A DNA stretch of 52,382 nt, filler included, from Bipalium vagum (Eukaryota), in the NCBI GenBank assembly GCA_037834085.1. It is 3 parts of 3 records of this genome, joined end to end, with 100 filler letters (N's around TTAATTAATTAA, not from the genome) between each part and the next. Parts side by side here need not be neighbours in the genome. Positions count along the whole stretch, not along the records: positions 36,150 to 52,382 come from JBBMKC010121268.1; 2 more parts are not named here. One strand, 5' to 3'. The notes under the pieces are model-generated. The model was not told the origin of the DNA. It did not search any database and saw only the letters and a list, made by a program, of their open reading frames with translations. Positions 48,950-52,382 of the stretch are shown one piece after another. Each line of letters begins with the position of its first letter. Position 1 is the stretch's first letter. The position numbers and the translations under genes were made by a program.

Positions 48950-50072
48950 AACACAAAGATGATTTAGTAATCAGAACAATTTATACGCGCCAAAAATATT
49001 TCGATGAAACTTTGTCAGTGTGCTCTGTTTCATACGTTTTAAATGGAATCGGAAGGATTCTCAAAGGTTCTCAAGGTCTTTAGCTCAAATTACTTGGACA
49101 TGTTGAAAGTTTATTTTCGGCCTATTTTTAATTATTTACCATCAACTTCCTCAAAGCTCTTTATGAATGATTGGTCTTTAGTTTTTCGAGAATTGTTTTG
49201 ACAGAATTTTCCTGAAAAATGGATTGACAGAGAGATATTTAACTCCTACTTGAAAACTTAAGCAAATAGCTTATTCACAACCAATTTTTTTATTGGAAAA
49301 TTTGAAACAAAGATTCATTGATGTATTTATCAATACTTCAATCGATTTTATGTGAAAATCCTTACTTGTCTGTTTCTGACAGATCACGCAAAATTGTTTT
49401 GTAATTCTAGTAATGAACGGTTTTTTAAACGAATCATCACTTCCGACGAAAAATGAATTTATTTTATAAATTAAAACAAGCAAAATCAGTGGCTTGATTA
49501 AATCAACAAGCTCTTGCAGTACCAAAAAGAGAACGCTTTGCAAAAAAGGTTTTTCTCCGCGTTTGGTGGAATTACGATGGAATAGTGAATTTTGAGCTTC
49601 TTCGAAGTTGGAAATACCGAACTCTATCCAATGTAATTAGAACATATGTTTGAAGTTTTGAGATTGTGTTATCCTTCCTTAGTCAATTGTAAACACGTTA
49701 TTCTTCAGCATGATAATGCAAAACTACATACTTCGCAGGTAACCATCAAAAAATTTAAGAGCTGCAGTTTGATCTTCTCCTTCATCCAGTCTATAGTCCA
49801 GACCTAGCACCTTCTAATTACCACCTATTCAAGTCAATGGCACATTTCCTACGATGGTTTTTCTTTTCTTCGATTGACGAGGTCGAAAAATGTCTACCGA
49901 AAATTTTTTGCTTCCGAAGACATTGCATGGTATGTCAGAGGAATAAACCAGCTTGCTGAAATATGCAAAAGAGTAGTGAGTGAGAGTAGTGAATAAAATT
50001 TTGTTTTATATATTTTATGAAGTTTTTGGATTTACCCTAAATTAGTCTAAAGACTTTCCGACCACCCTAATA
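48950..50072 (+). mobile_element. Mariner (DD34D) transposon remnant with right TIR
   Basis: FFKRIITSDEK, KKVFLRVWWNYDGIVNFELL, VILQHDNAKLHT, LHPVYSPDLAPSNYHLFKSM; TIR AGACTTTCCGACCACCCTAA-TA. Confidence 0.92.
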
Positions 50073-50096
50073 CTAATAAATAATAAAATAATACAA

Positions 50097-51011
50097 CCGT
50101 ATTTTCTGGACAATAGCGCCCACTTAACAATTAACACACTAGCCATTTTAATAAACAGTCGTCATCGCCAATTGAAAACATGCACCTAACAGTTAACATT
50201 CGTATTAAGTAATCATTTTAAAACTAACTACAAAAGCATTAAATAGAATAAAATAGAACATTACGATATAACGACATGAACATCAAGAAGCAAGTAAATA
50301 GAAAATCATACACTACTGAATTTTAACTGAAATGTGTCGAATATGCAGAAGTACATGGAAATAGAACAGGAGCAAGAATATTCAATGTTGGAGAAATTGC
50401 GATTAGAGAATGGCTTGAGACAAAAATAAGAGAATGCAACGAACGAAAGCGAGCATTGAGATTTGGTATTTACCAAATTGGCCAACTTTAAAAAGTGATA
50501 AATGAACAGCACGCAAATGGCACTCAAATATCAACAACACGGATACAATGAAAGGCGAAGGAAATTGCTAAAAGTTCTAAAATCGAAAAACTAAATGCAT
50601 ATCCTTCATGGTGTTTCAGAAATGTGAATCTTATGATGATATATAGAACTTGATTGCAAGTGCTTGGAATTAATAAGTGTTTAGGTAATGGTCCAATTAC
50701 AGAAAATTATGAAATTCATGATAACAATAAAGAGAATTTGATTGATTGTGCAGAAGAAATTTTAAATGTTATCGATTCTCTGAAATTGGAATTTGACGAT
50801 GATTTTTCCGGTTTTGTTGAAATAAATATTGCTCACATAGTTACATAAATTGCGATTTTTAACATACTTATGTCGTTTACAAATTATGAATTTGAACTTT
50901 AATTTGTATACGTGCTTAAGACAGACAACGAGCATCTAACAGATAACGCAATTCAACGTTTTCAAAACATTTTTGTGCAGATGACGCCGCGTTATTGTCC
51001 AGAAAATACTG
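50097..51011 (+). mobile_element. Internally deleted pogo-superfamily element with Brinker-type DNA-binding domain
   Basis: TIRs CCGTATTTTCTGGACAATAGCGC and rc CAGTATTTTCTGGACAATAACGC. Residual RKSYTTEF*LKCVEYAEVHGNRTGARIFNVGEIAIREW (BrkDBD) and ISTTRIQ*KAKEIA...AYPSWCFR (CENP-B HTH). The DDE region is deleted. Confidence 0.9.
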
Positions 51012-51021
51012 TAATAGAAGA

Positions 51022-51062
<41 letters not shown>
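51022..51062. repeat. (AAT)n microsatellite
   Basis: Seen directly. Confidence 0.95.
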
Positions 51063-51065
<3 letters not shown>

Positions 51066-51429
51066 TAAAAGTATTTGTAATAAAATAACAATTACAAATT
51101 AATTAACAAAATAATATTAATAAGTTAAGTATTATATTAATAATATTAAAAATCTATTAAAACTTAACAAAATAGCCATTTAAGTCTTGCTTAAACCTAA
51201 AGGGAACAACAGCAATAATTTTAAGGAAAATTTCCCAATGTTATCACTTGTTCGTTACCTTCAAATATTATCATATCAAAACCGTACATGATATTCTAGA
51301 AATATCTTTGGTTTAACAACATCTCTTGTCATTAAGGTCAAAGGAAAAGTTATAATATGAAACTTATTATCATGGTGTACTTAAGGTAGTGTTACGATAT
51401 CACCAACGAAACCGAGTTTTCCATATTAA

Positions 51430-51790
51430 AATTGAGAGATATCCAAAAAAAATTTACAAAACTCTTACATTTTTTAAAAAAGAATTCAGAGTTTTCCTTC
51501 CACAAGAAATCTTTCTCAGAGACGTCTTTGTTAAACTCCGTGTTTCATATGGCACCACGAAAATGTCGTTGCGCTCGAAGATGCGTCTGGCCAAGCGTCT
51601 TCACGCTGTCTGCTGACACTTGTTTTCGGAATGGTTGAGAATTGATGAATAGTTTTTTAACATCGGAACTGTGCAGACTCCGTTGAGCGACTGTCTTATG
51701 GCGAAGCAGTTTTCAGCTTTTGGAACCATCGCTGTCTTATATTGTCTCTCGCCGTGTAAAAATAAGCTTAGTAGTTTAAGCAAAAACATA
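51430..51790 (-). mobile_element. Possible DIRS-type tyrosine recombinase remnant
   Basis: With frameshifts it reads KKLFINSQPFRKQVSADS/RRLARRIFERNDIFVVPYETRS...FLWKENSEFFFK, resembling LFIS..PHKxVSxDT..RW....PHSTRS...W.S...F..Y. Confidence 0.45.
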
Positions 51791-52190
51791 CCTGGATAGA
51801 CTTAGAAACATTTCATTTCTTTTTTGGTACGATTATATAAATAATGAAAAACGTGACTGAATTCCTTTTTTGACATTGTACACCACAGATCAATGTTATA
51901 TCTCCATTTAGTTTTATTTAATAATTGTTAATTATTAAATATTTATTTTAAATGAAGGCAATTGAAGTCAAGATGGAAATATGATCCATCAGGAAGATCC
52001 AAAAAATTGTTAAAATTCGTAAAAAAATTGAATTTTAATCTTGATTAATATAAGAACATTTTTTTCCAAATCAAATATTTATGGATTTTAATCTTAAGAA
52101 CAGAAAGGATCTACTTGAATTTTCACCACCGTTGGGATTTTTAATATTCATAAATATTAATATTAATATTAATAAAATTTTAATTTATAA

Positions 52191-52363
52191 NNNNNNNNNN
52201 NNNNNNNNNNNNNNNNNNNNNNNNNNNNNNNNNNNNNNNNNNNNNNNNNNNNNNNNNNNNNNNNNNNNNNNNNNNNNNNNNNNNNNNNNNNNNNNNNNNN
52301 NNNNNNNNNNNNNNNNNNNNNNNNNNNNNNNNNNNNNNNNNNNNNNNNNNNNNNNNNNNNNNN
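52191..52363. other. Assembly gap
   Basis: Run of N. Confidence 0.98.
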
Positions 52364-52382
52364 TAATATAAGAATAAAATAA

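Overview
Very AT-rich, intron-containing animal genomic DNA. The AT content, (TTA)n tracts, 43-100 nt introns mixed with kb-sized ones and dense mariner debris resemble a planarian or other flatworm, but that is inference only. Four spliced protein-coding genes can be built by hand from GT-AG junctions with consistent phases. (1) The 3' six exons of a discoidin-domain-receptor-like (DDR-like) tyrosine kinase on the minus strand (2862-17770); its kinase domain has lost the alphaC Glu and shows HRD->HGD and DFG->DLS, so it is a probable pseudokinase. (2) An orphan nuclear-type protein with two SUMO-interaction-like motifs (18479-19494, +). (3) An orphan basic/acidic/helical protein (30312-34772, +) whose single intron is a nest of DNA transposons and whose exon 2 has a decayed partial copy 10 kb upstream. 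(4) A compact 7-finger RREB1/Hindsight homologue (37603-48372, +) with an N-terminal RRKQxxP NuRD-type motif and a PLNLS CtBP-type motif. The rest is decayed mariner, Tc1, IS630-like, pogo/Tigger, Penelope (with a minimal hammerhead ribozyme), LINE and DIRS-like remnants, MITEs and microsatellites. Two 100-nt N44-TTAATTAATTAA-N44 blocks are artificial scaffold spacers, so adjacency across 17927-18026 and 36050-36149 is unproven. No rRNA, tRNA or CRISPR array was seen. All family assignments come from motif recognition, not database searches.
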